This document shows, one piece after another, positions 11,908-22,175 of a stretch of DNA of 64,000 bases (its first letter is position 1; each line of letters opens with the position of its first letter). Location: assembly GCA_022448585.1 (NCBI GenBank), contig JAKVCN010000009.1, positions 13,426-77,425 on the forward strand. The letters are read 5' to 3'. The translations under genes and the position numbers were made by a program. This DNA comes from Puniceicoccaceae bacterium. Lineage in GTDB: Bacteria > Verrucomicrobiota > Verrucomicrobiia > Opitutales > Coraliomargaritaceae. The notes beneath the pieces were generated by a model. That model saw nothing but the letters and a program-made list of their open reading frames with translations, did no database searches and had not been told where the DNA came from.

Positions 11908-12578
11908 TGAATAATTTACCTCTACTATTTTGTGGCATTTTCTTTACCCTAGCATTTTCTTTTACAGGAATTGTTTTAACCAGCCATCTTCAGTTTGGTA
12001 ATCTAACTTTATCCACTGAGGAACTAGAAGATGACGGTGATGGTAATTTAGTAATGGTTGAAGGGGATCCGATGTATCCAAGGCTAGAAGGTGGTGTCGC
12101 TCTTCAGGGTAAGCAGGTTTACATTGAGATGGGTTGTATTTATTGCCATAGTCAACAATTACGTCGTGAGTCACATGGTGCTGATATGGATCGTGGATGG
12201 GGACCTCGTGCATCTGTGGTGCGTGACTATATTACCCAAAAACGAGTCCTACTTGGAACTATGCGCACTGGTCCAGACTTAACTAATGTAGGTGGGCGCT
12301 TACAAGGAGATGCTGGTCGTGATTGGCATCATAAGCATTTGTATAATCCGCAGATTACTTCAAAGGGCTCTATTATGCCGCCGTTTGCATTCTTGTACTC
12401 TCTGCAGAAAGTCGATGGAGATCCATCTGAGAATGCTATTTCAATACCAGCTGATTCAGAGTATGCATTGGATCCTGGATACGAGATAATTCCGACTCGT
12501 AGAGCAGTAGCATTAGTAGAGTACTTGCTAAGCCTTAAAATTGATTATAGTTTACCAGAGGCACCAATTTTAGAATAA
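11907..12578 (+). CDS. ccoO: cbb3-type cytochrome c oxidase subunit II (CcoO), monoheme
   Basis: N-terminal anchor plus [19 protein letters not shown] (the CcoO CXXCHSQ signature) and MPPF distal Met region. Confidence 0.9.
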   Translation: MNNLPLLFCGIFFTLAFSFTGIVLTSHLQFGNLTLSTEELEDDGDGNLVMVEGDPMYPRLEGGVALQGKQVYIEMGCIYCHSQQLRRESHGADMDRGWGPRASVVRDYITQKRVLLGTMRTGPDLTNVGGRLQGDAGRDWHHKHLYNPQITSKGSIMPPFAFLYSLQKVDGDPSENAISIPADSEYALDPGYEIIPTRRAVALVEYLLSLKIDYSLPEAPILE

Positions 12579-13285
12579 TGACTGAAGAAGAAAAATCTGC
12601 GAACAAAGGAAGTCCTTCGCTTGAAAAAGCGAATATGCAAGATACTGATATGCAAGATATTCACGCTCAATTGATGCGTGAAAAAGAAGAGCCCCGTGAA
12701 GGATTCTCACCGATTCCTATTTTTCTACTTTTTGCCTTTGCAGCGTTATGTTTTTGGGGAGGCGTTTATTTTGCTGAATATTCGCAAGATTTTCGTTGGG
12801 ATGTCTATGATCCAAACGCGGAACTAGCAAGTGCAGCTGCTCCAAGACCTGAAAAGCCTCTGGCTGAAATAGGCGCTAAAATATACCGCGCCCAATGCAT
12901 TGCGTGCCACCAAGCAAGTGGACTTGGTGCTCCTGGTGCTTTCCCTCCACTAGTCGCTTCACAATGGGTTTTAGGATCTGAGGAACGACTCGCGAGAATC
13001 TTAATAAATGGCTTGAAAGGACCAGTTTTAGTTAACGGCATGACTTATAACGGAAACATGCCCGCTTTTGGTCCAGAAGGTTTGAATTTAAAACCGAAGC
13101 AAATAGCTGCTGTTCTTAGTTACATACGACAGGAGTGGGGTAATGATGCTCCTGAGGTTACAGTTGAGGCGATGGATGCATATATCGATGACTATGGCAC
13201 TAGAGGTCCTCAATGGACAGCGGAGGAGCTACTTGCAGAGTTTCCAATGGAACCGTCAGTGAAAGTGGATGCCCAAATTCAATAA
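12578..13285 (+). CDS. Membrane-anchored monoheme class I cytochrome c occupying the CcoP position
   Basis: TAATG overlap with ccoO, one TM helix ([20 protein letters not shown]), a single CIACH and a distal GNMPAFG. There is no second CXXCH. Confidence 0.8.
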   Translation: MTEEEKSANKGSPSLEKANMQDTDMQDIHAQLMREKEEPREGFSPIPIFLLFAFAALCFWGGVYFAEYSQDFRWDVYDPNAELASAAAPRPEKPLAEIGAKIYRAQCIACHQASGLGAPGAFPPLVASQWVLGSEERLARILINGLKGPVLVNGMTYNGNMPAFGPEGLNLKPKQIAAVLSYIRQEWGNDAPEVTVEAMDAYIDDYGTRGPQWTAEELLAEFPMEPSVKVDAQIQ

Positions 13286-13725
13286 AAGCGTAAGTATCAT
13301 AATTATTAGTATGACGAAACCGTAGTTAATTCCGTTGTAGTAAAAAGTAGCAAAGTATTAGCCATTTTATAAGCAGTGTATGTAGTGCAACGCATCAAGC
13401 ACTGGACTGGTTAAGCCAGCAGAAATTGTTTTCCGGCAAAAAGTCAAAAATTATGGCAAGCACATATCCAATTGTAGTTATGCTGAGATAAAAAGTACTC
13501 ATCTCTCTAATGAGGCATGTTCAACAAAGTTAATATCGACCTAGATTAAAACAAATTTTTTAATACGATATTCGCCATAATTGTGACAATTTCCAGAGCA
13601 TTAAAATGGTGTAATTTGGTGTTGGGAGTTTTCGTTTTAGTGAAAAGTTTAAATATAATATAAGTATATAGTAAGCTCTTAATTTATGCTGACAGTCAAA
13701 TTTTTGCACTATTTATTCTCTGACT

Positions 13726-14550
13726 ATGAAGACCTTTTTAATAGTTATTTTATGTGTAATAAATTATAGTCTTATTGCCAATACTCCTGATTTATCTGTA
13801 CCTTATAAACTTACTAAACAAGGCGAACTCAAACTACATATATTTTTACCAAAAGATCACAGAGTAAATGATACAAAACCGGTCATTTTACTTTTCTTTG
13901 CTGGAGGTTGGGTTGGCGGTGAACCGAAGCAATTTTTTAGGCAATGTAAGTATCTTTCCTCTCGTGGTATTGTTGCCATATCGGGAGAGTATAGAATTAA
14001 AAAAAAGCATGGAACTAGCCCAAAAGAGTGTGTTATGGATGCAAAATCAGCTGTTCGTTGGGTACGTATCAATGCAAAAAAACTAGGAGTGGATCCTGGT
14101 CAACTCATAGTTGGGGGTGGTTCTGCAGGTGGGCACATCGCAGCTGCAACTGCTACTTTAGCAGGATTTAATGAGGCAGGCGAAGATATTTCAGTTAGTT
14201 GTATTCCTAACGCTCTGGTGCTATTTAATCCAGTTTTTGACAACGGACCCGGCTGCTTTGGTCATAATAACGTGAAGGACTACTGGCAGGAAATATCGCC
14301 GAAGCATAATATTAGTACTGTTGTTCCTCCAACTATTATATTTCAAGGTTCTGAAGATCACCTAATTGACTTGGCCTCTCCTAGAGATTTCAGGTCGCAG
14401 TTAATTGCACTAGGAATTCGTTGTGAATTGCTAATTTACGAGGGACAAGGGCATGGTTTTTTCAATGGTGCTAAATACCGTGAGACTATGCTTGAGACGG
14501 ATCGCTTTTTATCCAGCTTAGGCTATATCAGTGGTAATGCTACCCTGTAG
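13726..14550 (+). CDS. Secreted alpha/beta-hydrolase (esterase/lipase-type)
   Basis: Signal peptide, oxyanion-hole region LLFFAGGW, nucleophile elbow GGGSAGGH, and C-terminal Asp/His region (EDHLID, GQGHGF). Confidence 0.8.
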   Translation: MKTFLIVILCVINYSLIANTPDLSVPYKLTKQGELKLHIFLPKDHRVNDTKPVILLFFAGGWVGGEPKQFFRQCKYLSSRGIVAISGEYRIKKKHGTSPKECVMDAKSAVRWVRINAKKLGVDPGQLIVGGGSAGGHIAAATATLAGFNEAGEDISVSCIPNALVLFNPVFDNGPGCFGHNNVKDYWQEISPKHNISTVVPPTIIFQGSEDHLIDLASPRDFRSQLIALGIRCELLIYEGQGHGFFNGAKYRETMLETDRFLSSLGYISGNATL

Positions 14551-14587
14551 CAGCGATTAGATATTATTAAAACTGTAATGGTGCGCA

Positions 14588-15865
14588 TTAAAGTGCACGT
14601 ATGGCGTTACACAAAATATCAATCGCTAAATCTATGTCTTCACCTTTGTGCTGAGTGCACATAAAACAAGTCTCGTAAGCAGATGGTGGTAAATACACTC
14701 CATTAGATAAAGCGTAATTAAAGAGTGATTTGAAGTGATATGTATCAGACGCAACTGCATCTTTGTAATTGCGCACAGGGCAATCACTAAAAAACAGTGC
14801 AAACATAGACCCTACTTGCGGTACTTGTAGTGCTATGCCTTTGGACTTAGCAGCATCGAGAAGTGCATCGCGAACCAGATTGCCGAAGTATTCTAATTCT
14901 GTGTATGGTTGCAGCGATTTAAGTTTGTTAAGAGCAGTAATTCCAGCTGCCATAGCCAGTGGGTTACCACTTAGCGTTCCTGCTTGGTAAACTGGTCCTA
15001 TTGGCGCTAGCTGATCCATTATATCTTTACGACCACCAAAAGCACCGACTGGCAGACCACCACCAATAATTTTTCCCATAGCAGTAAGGTCAGGCGTAAC
15101 TCCTACTATTTCTTGCACACCCCCAAGAGCGACCCGAAAACCTGTCATTACTTCATCGAATATTAATACGCTATTATGTGCTGTGCACAGTTCACGTAAT
15201 AGCTCCAAATAGCCAGCGTCTGGCATAATTAATCCGCAATTTGCGGGATAGGGCTCAACTATTATGGCTGCTATTTCACTACCTTGCTTAGCAAATGTAG
15301 CCTGTACTGCAGCAGAGTCATTATAATCTAATACTATGGTTTCAGCCGCAAATACTGCAGGTACCCCAGAACTATCTGGGTTCCCAAGCGTTAATGCGCC
15401 GGAGCCAGCTTGCACCAATAGAGAATCCACGTGTCCGTGGTAGCATCCTGTGAATTTGATTATCTTATTTCTACCTGTAAAACCGCGTGCAAGACGAATC
15501 GCGGACATAGTTGCCTCTGTTCCACTATTACACATGCGTAACTTCTCTATTGATGGCACACAATCTACTATGAGCTCAGCCATCTCTACTTCATAAGGAT
15601 TAGGTGTCCCAAAACTTGTGCCCTTATCAAGCGCTTCAATAATGGCATTCCTAATGTCTGGATCATTATGGCCGTGAATAGAAGGACCCCATGTACAGAC
15701 AAAATCAATTAGTTGCTTTCCATCTACTGTAAATAAATGCGCACCTTTAGCGCGTTCTGTGAAGAATGGGTTTCCGCCTACTGAGCGAAAAGCGCGCACT
15801 GGAGAATTAACCCCACCAGGTAGGAGTTCTTGGGCACGCTGAAAAAGACTCGTTGAGGTTTTCAT
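14588..15865 (-). CDS. hemL: Glutamate-1-semialdehyde 2,1-aminomutase
   Basis: Full-length class III aminotransferase with the HemL N-terminus ([20 protein letters not shown]), the PLP-Lys region ([11 protein letters not shown]) and [13 protein letters not shown]. Confidence 0.95.
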   Translation of the reverse strand: MKTSTSLFQRAQELLPGGVNSPVRAFRSVGGNPFFTERAKGAHLFTVDGKQLIDFVCTWGPSIHGHNDPDIRNAIIEALDKGTSFGTPNPYEVEMAELIVDCVPSIEKLRMCNSGTEATMSAIRLARGFTGRNKIIKFTGCYHGHVDSLLVQAGSGALTLGNPDSSGVPAVFAAETIVLDYNDSAAVQATFAKQGSEIAAIIVEPYPANCGLIMPDAGYLELLRELCTAHNSVLIFDEVMTGFRVALGGVQEIVGVTPDLTAMGKIIGGGLPVGAFGGRKDIMDQLAPIGPVYQAGTLSGNPLAMAAGITALNKLKSLQPYTELEYFGNLVRDALLDAAKSKGIALQVPQVGSMFALFFSDCPVRNYKDAVASDTYHFKSLFNYALSNGVYLPPSAYETCFMCTQHKGEDIDLAIDILCNAIRAL

Positions 15866-15914
15866 TTATTAGTAGATTGGCAATTCATGCAGAGCATAAA
15901 AATAAGTGATTAAA

Positions 15915-17567
15915 TTAGTTCACATACTTTTGGACTATAGGTATTCTACGTCCTGCACCAAATGCAAGTTCTGTAATTTTGAGTCCAGGAGGAGCCTGTT
16001 TTCGTTTATATTCATTTAGATCAACTTTCCGCACTATATCATTTACTATGGATCTATCGTAACCTTTTTGAGCGATCTCATCCCTTGATAGACCTTCTTC
16101 AACATAAAGCTCCAGAATCCCATCTAGTATTGGGTACGCCGGTAATGAATCTTCATCTACTTGATTTAGGCTTAGTTCAGCAGAGGGTGCTTTATTTATC
16201 GTATTAATTGGTATAATTTCTTTTTCACGGTTTATATACTTAGCGAGTGCGTAAACTTTCATCTTTGGTAGGTCAGATATAACTGCTAAACCTCCACACA
16301 TGTCTCCATATAATGTGCAATACCCAACCGAAATTTCGCTCTTGTTGCCAGTAGTCAGCAGTAGAGCGCCAAATTTATTAGAAATTGCCATTAATAATAG
16401 GCCGCGTGCGCGTGCTTGTATATTCTCTTCGGTAACATCTCTGGTATTAGCTTTAAACAAGGTAGCTAAAGCTTCTTCGGAAGCAGTCACAGTATTTTCA
16501 ATAGAAACTTCGTGATATATTATAGATAGCGTATCTGCCAATTTAGCGGCATCATCTCGACTGTGTTGACTCGATATTGCTGAAGGCAAGGCAACACCAA
16601 TTACATTTTCAGCGCCAAATGACTCTACCGCTAGTGCACAAACTACAGCGGAATCAATCCCACCAGATAGTCCAATAAGAGCTTTAGTAAATCCACTTTT
16701 TAACGCGTAGTCGCGAAGTCCTAAAACTAAAGCATCATGAGTAGCAGCATTACCAACTAGGTTGTAGGAATCTGCAAATTTTGGCGCATAGAGTTTTTCA
16801 CTAATGTCAATAATGGATAAATCGGAACGAAAGCTCGCTAGACCTCCAATTATTCCACGTTCTGGACAGCTAACCATACTACTGCCATCAAAAATTAGTT
16901 CATCATTTCCACCGACTGCATTGCAATAGACTACCGGACAGTTGCAGCGCTCTCCGGCCTCTAAAACAAGTTGTTCTCTTTTCTGTGGTTTACATGCATG
17001 CCATGGACTTGCTGACAGATTTACTAATAGTTCTAAGCCTTCATTTTTTAGTGCCTCAATTGGATCCTTTTGATAGCGACGCTTGTCAGGCGCAAAGGAA
17101 GGAATCCATATATCTTCACAAATAGTAATACCAATGCGCTTTCCGTTCCAATTATGAATTAATGGTGAGGAAGCTGGTTCAAAGTATCTATCTTCATCAA
17201 ATACATCATACGATGGCAGTAGCGATTTTCGGGCAATGGCACGTATCTCACCAGATTCGCACCATGCTGCTGCATTATTATAAGCTCTGCCACTATTTGC
17301 TCTAGTACGGATTTCAGGGTAACCAATAACTGCAGGCACTTGGTCTATTACTTCACTTGTGATTCGATAGAGAGCTTCTTGTATATCGGCACCAAATCGA
17401 CTTTTAAAAAGTAAATCTCGAGGTGGATATCCACTAAGCGTTAATTCTGGAAAAACAACAATCTGAGCTCCATCATTAACTAATGAGCGGTAAGCTTCAA
17501 TTATGAGTCGAGAATTTCCGCTTAAGTCACCAACCGTAGTATTGATTTGTGCGATTCCTATCTGCAT
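15915..17567 (-). CDS. nadE: Glutamine-dependent NAD+ synthetase (CN-hydrolase plus NAD synthase domains)
   Basis: 550 aa. The N-terminal nitrilase-like domain has [11 protein letters not shown] and ICEDIW. The C-terminal part has the ATP-pyrophosphatase motif [10 protein letters not shown]. Confidence 0.95.
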   Translation of the reverse strand: MQIGIAQINTTVGDLSGNSRLIIEAYRSLVNDGAQIVVFPELTLSGYPPRDLLFKSRFGADIQEALYRITSEVIDQVPAVIGYPEIRTRANSGRAYNNAAAWCESGEIRAIARKSLLPSYDVFDEDRYFEPASSPLIHNWNGKRIGITICEDIWIPSFAPDKRRYQKDPIEALKNEGLELLVNLSASPWHACKPQKREQLVLEAGERCNCPVVYCNAVGGNDELIFDGSSMVSCPERGIIGGLASFRSDLSIIDISEKLYAPKFADSYNLVGNAATHDALVLGLRDYALKSGFTKALIGLSGGIDSAVVCALAVESFGAENVIGVALPSAISSQHSRDDAAKLADTLSIIYHEVSIENTVTASEEALATLFKANTRDVTEENIQARARGLLLMAISNKFGALLLTTGNKSEISVGYCTLYGDMCGGLAVISDLPKMKVYALAKYINREKEIIPINTINKAPSAELSLNQVDEDSLPAYPILDGILELYVEEGLSRDEIAQKGYDRSIVNDIVRKVDLNEYKRKQAPPGLKITELAFGAGRRIPIVQKYVN

Positions 17568-17704
17568 AGGCTTAATAATCTCGTTTTTGAGCTTGTATGC
17601 AAGCTCACCTACAAAATCTTTTTCATAATTAACATAAATAATATGGCGTTGTTGCTAGTTACAGTAAAAGTTCTTATCTATATCATCTAGTATTTTATCT
17701 TCAT

Positions 17705-18298
17705 ATGCGATTTCATCCTTCTTACTTATTGCTCGCATCGACTTCTCCAAGGCGTAGCGAGCTACTTGCTCGTATGGGATTGAGGTTTCAGGTATGTTCT
17801 CCAATCACTCAAGAGTGCGAACTATTCGATAATGGGCCGGAGGAAATGGTTCTTAAAAATGCTCGTTTGAAGGCCGATTCACTAACAAGCGCCCGCTTTA
17901 AAGATGCTTTGATTATAGGCTCAGATACGACTGTTGATCTCGATGGTATTGCTTTAGGTAAACCTTTAGATATCCCTTCAGCCAGTAAGATGCTTCAGCA
18001 ATTATCTGGTCGTTGTCATTCAGTTCATACGGCTGTTGCCCTGCGTTGGAGGAGTGGAAATTTTATTCATGAGTTTTACGAAAGCAGTAGGGTGCACTTT
18101 AAAAATTTAGATTTAGCGACTATTGAGCACTATTTTACGATAGTTGATCCGCTCGATAAAGCTGGATCGTATGGAATTCAAGCAGGACGTGATCTAATTA
18201 TTAAATCTGTCGAAGGCTCCATTGAAAACGTCATGGGACTACCTATACAGAATCTTGCAAAGATTTTCAGCCAACAGAATTTTAATTTTGCAGAATAA
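17705..18298 (+). CDS. maf: Maf-like nucleoside triphosphate pyrophosphatase
   Basis: LLLASTSPRRSELL, GSDTTV and GSYGIQ motifs typical of Maf/YhdE. Confidence 0.9.
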   Translation: MRFHPSYLLLASTSPRRSELLARMGLRFQVCSPITQECELFDNGPEEMVLKNARLKADSLTSARFKDALIIGSDTTVDLDGIALGKPLDIPSASKMLQQLSGRCHSVHTAVALRWRSGNFIHEFYESSRVHFKNLDLATIEHYFTIVDPLDKAGSYGIQAGRDLIIKSVEGSIENVMGLPIQNLAKIFSQQNFNFAE

Positions 18299-19409
18299 AG
18301 TACCAGTTTCTTGTATTCGAACATTAGTAAGCGGTGATTTTGAAAAAAGGATTACTGCGCTTTTAATTAGTTTTATCGCTGGTATAATTTTACATATTAT
18401 ATGTTTAGATGGTTTAGGTGATGTTGTAGCAATGAGCCGAATTTTAGAGAATAAAACGGTATTTGAAGTAGAGCTTGTAGAACCCGCTCAAGAAGATCTC
18501 AGGTTCGTTGAGGCAAATCCCAATGTGGCAGAAAATATCCCTGATACTACTAATCAATACTCCTACCGAAATCAACAAGCTGCTGATAATGATCCAAAAT
18601 CTAACCTTCAGGATATCCCGAAAGTCGAAGGTTCTCACAATAGCCAAAAAATAATACAGGGTCAGGCGATCGAATCATTGCCTATACAACCTACTTATTA
18701 CCACCAAAATAAGGGGGAAGAGAATGCTCAGGCTAGCCAGGAACATGCTCCCGATAAAAAGGGTAGTGCACAAGAATTTGCAAAAGCATCATCTCCATCT
18801 AAGCCATATTTTTTACATAACGATTCAGCTCTTTTAGAGGATAATGGAAGTGGTTTTGAGAGTGTATCTAAGAAAGATCAATTTTTGACTTCTGAGGCGA
18901 TTAAAAATCCACGAATTGACGTGTATCGCCAATCATCAAGATCAAATACTGATTTAGTAAATATGCCTACATCTACTAACGATGGAAATTCTCACGCCAG
19001 GGCCTTACCAAGAACTAGGCCGCGCTTATCTCCAGAATTACTACATGGTCCCCTCATGGCTGCTGTTGGATCTGCGTCGAGACGAGGTACACTAGCTATC
19101 GATTCAACTTTTAGTGAATTCGGAGAGTATCAGCAACAGTTCTACGCGGCTATACAAAGCGGCTGGTATCAAGAGATTGATTTTTTTCAACCTATCGATA
19201 CTGCCGCACGTGTTCAGATACGATTTATTTTGCTTTCTAACGGTAGCATTAAAGAACTCGAGACCACATACTCAAATGCTGGTGAGATAGCTACAATCAT
19301 TTGTAAGAATGCTATTTCTAAGCTTTCTCCTTTCCGTAAGTGGACGCAGCAAATGATCCAAGTCTTTGGAAATGAAAGATCGATGCAATTGGTATTTTAC
19401 TACAAATAA
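18222..19409 (+). CDS. Membrane-anchored protein with TonB-C-terminal-like domain; start uncertain
   Basis: One TM helix (ITALLISFIAGIILHIICL) and a long low-complexity Q/N/S/P linker. The C-terminal ~90 aa (QQQFYAAIQSGWYQ...VQIRFILLSNGSIKELE...ISKLSPFRKW) resemble a TonB/TolA C-domain pattern. The ATG at 18222 overlaps maf by 77 nt, and in-frame TTG codons at 18255 and 18288 are alternative starts. Confidence 0.5.
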   Translation: MKTSWDYLYRILQRFSANRILILQNKVPVSCIRTLVSGDFEKRITALLISFIAGIILHIICLDGLGDVVAMSRILENKTVFEVELVEPAQEDLRFVEANPNVAENIPDTTNQYSYRNQQAADNDPKSNLQDIPKVEGSHNSQKIIQGQAIESLPIQPTYYHQNKGEENAQASQEHAPDKKGSAQEFAKASSPSKPYFLHNDSALLEDNGSGFESVSKKDQFLTSEAIKNPRIDVYRQSSRSNTDLVNMPTSTNDGNSHARALPRTRPRLSPELLHGPLMAAVGSASRRGTLAIDSTFSEFGEYQQQFYAAIQSGWYQEIDFFQPIDTAARVQIRFILLSNGSIKELETTYSNAGEIATIICKNAISKLSPFRKWTQQMIQVFGNERSMQLVFYYK

Positions 19410-19411
19410 GT

Positions 19412-20242
19412 ATGAATGCTGAAAATTATAGCAAACTACCTTTAGGTGCTGGTGTTCGAGTGCTTAATTTTAGTAAAGAGGGGTTGATAGCACTACACAA
19501 ACCTACTGGAGTATTGTCACATCCGAACATAAGCAATGAAACGGATCGTGCGTTACTAAATGCTGAATATAATTACGACGATGAAGTATATACTTTCAAC
19601 CATCAAGGTAAGAAAAGACGCGTATGGCTGATAAATCGATTGGACTCACCGACTTCTGGTATAATTTTAATCGCAGTAAGCTGTGAAATCGCAAAATTGG
19701 TTAAGCTTGAGTTCGCTAATCACAAAGTAACAAAGACATACTACGCACTGGTAAAGCATCGAATGAAAAAGTCTAAAGGCAATTGGATTGATCAAATTTC
19801 AAAAAGTTCGTATCTTAATAAAAGGTCAAGTCGTTTAAAACTAACTACAGCTAAATCTCGCTTTCAAGTAATAAAAAGTCCGCATGGCGGGTTACCAATA
19901 ACCCTACTTAAACTTTCTCCACTCACTGGACGTACCCATCAATTAAGGGTTCAATGCCAACTTCACGGATATCCTATTATTGGCGATCGTACTTATGGTA
20001 GTTTTAGTTTTAATCGCACAGTCGCAAAAGAGACGGGAAGAGAAAGATTAATGCTTCATTGTGCAGAAACCTCATTGAAGTACTTTCATAACGGTAAAAT
20101 GGTTAAATTTGCAGCAAAGTCCGCGTTACCTGAAGATTTTCAGGAGGTTCTTAGTTGTCGACCTGGTATGAATAAGGGGCATGATACAAAGAATCAAACA
20201 TCACGTAAAAGTAAGTTAATAGAGAGGCGATTTAGAAAGTAA
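19412..20242 (+). CDS. RluA-family pseudouridine synthase
   Basis: Catalytic-Asp motif NRLDSPTSGIILIA and GRTHQLRVQC motif. Confidence 0.85.
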   Translation: MNAENYSKLPLGAGVRVLNFSKEGLIALHKPTGVLSHPNISNETDRALLNAEYNYDDEVYTFNHQGKKRRVWLINRLDSPTSGIILIAVSCEIAKLVKLEFANHKVTKTYYALVKHRMKKSKGNWIDQISKSSYLNKRSSRLKLTTAKSRFQVIKSPHGGLPITLLKLSPLTGRTHQLRVQCQLHGYPIIGDRTYGSFSFNRTVAKETGRERLMLHCAETSLKYFHNGKMVKFAAKSALPEDFQEVLSCRPGMNKGHDTKNQTSRKSKLIERRFRK

Positions 20243-20422
20243 CTTATTTCAATCGCTAGTAGAGTCCTGAATGCACTATGAATAAATGATATATTGGAGA
20301 TACTTTCATTTAATCAGTGATTCATTGTTAGCGATCATGAGTTGAAATTTTTAAACACTGTGGTATCCTAGATTTTACTTTATTAGTGCTTTTTAAGGAT
20401 TTTAGTTTGTTAGTATATTGTT

Positions 20423-21655
20423 GTGAATGATTCATTTCCATTTGACGTCGAGTCTACTCGTTCGGATTTTCCAATCTTAGCTTCAACTGTGCATGGTAAA
20501 CCGCTAACTTATCTAGACAGTGCAGCAACATCTCAAAAGCCTCAGTCAGTAGTTAGCGCTATAGAAAGGTACTATGCGCTTGAGAATGCTAACATTCATC
20601 GTGGATTACATCATTTAAGTGAGAAGGCAACAGATGCTTACGAGTCTACTAGGGCGCAAGTTGCTGATTTTATTGGTGTTAGTGATCCAGATACCATTAT
20701 ATTTACCCGAGGAGCAACTGAGGGCATAAATATAGTTGCACATGGCTTTGTTGAAAGCGTTTTACAAAAAGGAGACGAAATTTTAATTTCACACATGGAG
20801 CATCATGCCAACATTGTTCCTTGGCAGATAGCGTGTGAAAAAACTGGTGCAATTTTGAAAGTCTCGCCAGTTAATGATGATGGTTCACTCGACTTAGCTG
20901 CTATGGAGCAATTAATTAATGATCGAACAAAGCTGTTAGCTATTGTACACGTATCAAATTCTCTTGGTACCGTAAATCCTGTAGAATCAATTATTAAAAT
21001 TGCCCATGCCAACGCAGTGCCAGTTCTCTTAGATGGCTCTCAAAGTGTTCCTCATCAAACAGTAGATATCAACAGCATTGGATGTGATTTCTTTGTATTT
21101 TCAGGCCATAAAATCTTGGGTCCGACTGGTATCGGTGTGTTGTGGGCAAAGCGTGATTGGTTGGAGCGATTTCCTCCTTATCAAAGCGGAGGTGATATGA
21201 TCGAGACGGTCGATTTCGATGGTACATCTTACAAGCAAATCCCCGGAAAGTTTGAAGCAGGGACTCCTCATATAGCAGGTGTAATCGGTTTATCTGCAGC
21301 TTTAAAATACCTAAAAAATATGGATCGAATAGGTGCCTACCGCCATGAACAAGAACTCCTAACTTTGGCAACCGAGCAACTAAAAGATATTGATGGATTG
21401 CGTATTATTGGTACGGCTTTACCAAAAGCTTCTGTTATTTCTTTTGTATTTGATGGCATCCATGCGCATGATGTTGGTACTTTTTTAGATGCTGACGCAA
21501 TAGCCATTCGTTCGGGACACCATTGTACTCAACCTCTTCTAAAGCGCTTTTGTATTCCAGCTACAGCTCGTGCATCATTCGCATTTTATAATAATAATGA
21601 TGATGTAAATCGTTTGGTGATATCGATAAAAAAATTGAAGAAGTACTTTTCCTGA
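20423..21655 (+). CDS. sufS: Cysteine desulfurase SufS (class V aminotransferase, group II)
   Basis: GTG start, PLP-Lys motif [13 protein letters not shown] and active-site loop [10 protein letters not shown]. Followed by sufU. Confidence 0.92.
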   Translation: MNDSFPFDVESTRSDFPILASTVHGKPLTYLDSAATSQKPQSVVSAIERYYALENANIHRGLHHLSEKATDAYESTRAQVADFIGVSDPDTIIFTRGATEGINIVAHGFVESVLQKGDEILISHMEHHANIVPWQIACEKTGAILKVSPVNDDGSLDLAAMEQLINDRTKLLAIVHVSNSLGTVNPVESIIKIAHANAVPVLLDGSQSVPHQTVDINSIGCDFFVFSGHKILGPTGIGVLWAKRDWLERFPPYQSGGDMIETVDFDGTSYKQIPGKFEAGTPHIAGVIGLSAALKYLKNMDRIGAYRHEQELLTLATEQLKDIDGLRIIGTALPKASVISFVFDGIHAHDVGTFLDADAIAIRSGHHCTQPLLKRFCIPATARASFAFYNNNDDVNRLVISIKKLKKYFS

Positions 21656-21704
21656 ATTAGTTTAGTACAGTTTAGTTAGCGCATCAAATTAGATTGGATT
21701 ATGT

Positions 21705-22154
21705 ATGAAAAACGACTCTCTTGACGAGTTATACCAGTCTATAATATTAGAACATAACAAGCGTCCAAGCAATTATGGTCATTTAGGTAGTGCGACTCAC
21801 ACTGCAAAAGGTTTCAATTCTCTTTGTGGAGATAAGTGTACCGTACAGCTAAAAATAGTTGACCAGTCTATTGAGGCTATAAAATTTGAAGCTGCATGTT
21901 GTGCTATTTGTAAAGCTTCGGCTTCAATGATGTCCAATGCGTTACTAGGTAAAAGCTTAGCGCAAGCAGAGAAATTTACACTCCGCGTAGATCGTATTTT
22001 ATCGGATGATGATTTAGATGATTTTGAAGATGACGGTGATTTGGTCTCCCTTAACGGTGTAAAAAATTTTCCTTCACGAATAAAGTGCGCATTGTTACCA
22101 TGGCGTACCTATCAAGCTGCTATTCGAAATAAAAGTACGACAGTATTAGAATAA
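21705..22154 (+). CDS. sufU: SufU/IscU-like Fe-S cluster assembly (sulfur acceptor) protein
   Basis: LYQSIILEHNKRPSNYG, NSLCGDK and CCAICKASASMM (three conserved Cys). Adjacent to sufS. Confidence 0.85.
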   Translation: MKNDSLDELYQSIILEHNKRPSNYGHLGSATHTAKGFNSLCGDKCTVQLKIVDQSIEAIKFEAACCAICKASASMMSNALLGKSLAQAEKFTLRVDRILSDDDLDDFEDDGDLVSLNGVKNFPSRIKCALLPWRTYQAAIRNKSTTVLE

Positions 22155-22175
22155 GAAATCAGGTTCTTGATTTAT

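Noticed and set aside
17589-17606. Perfect 7 bp hairpin GAGCTTG-TATG-CAAGCTC between nadE and maf as a terminator
   Set aside because: No U-tract follows on either strand, and it lies in a divergent promoter region. At most it is a 5'-UTR or operator element of nadE, and the evidence is insufficient to call it.
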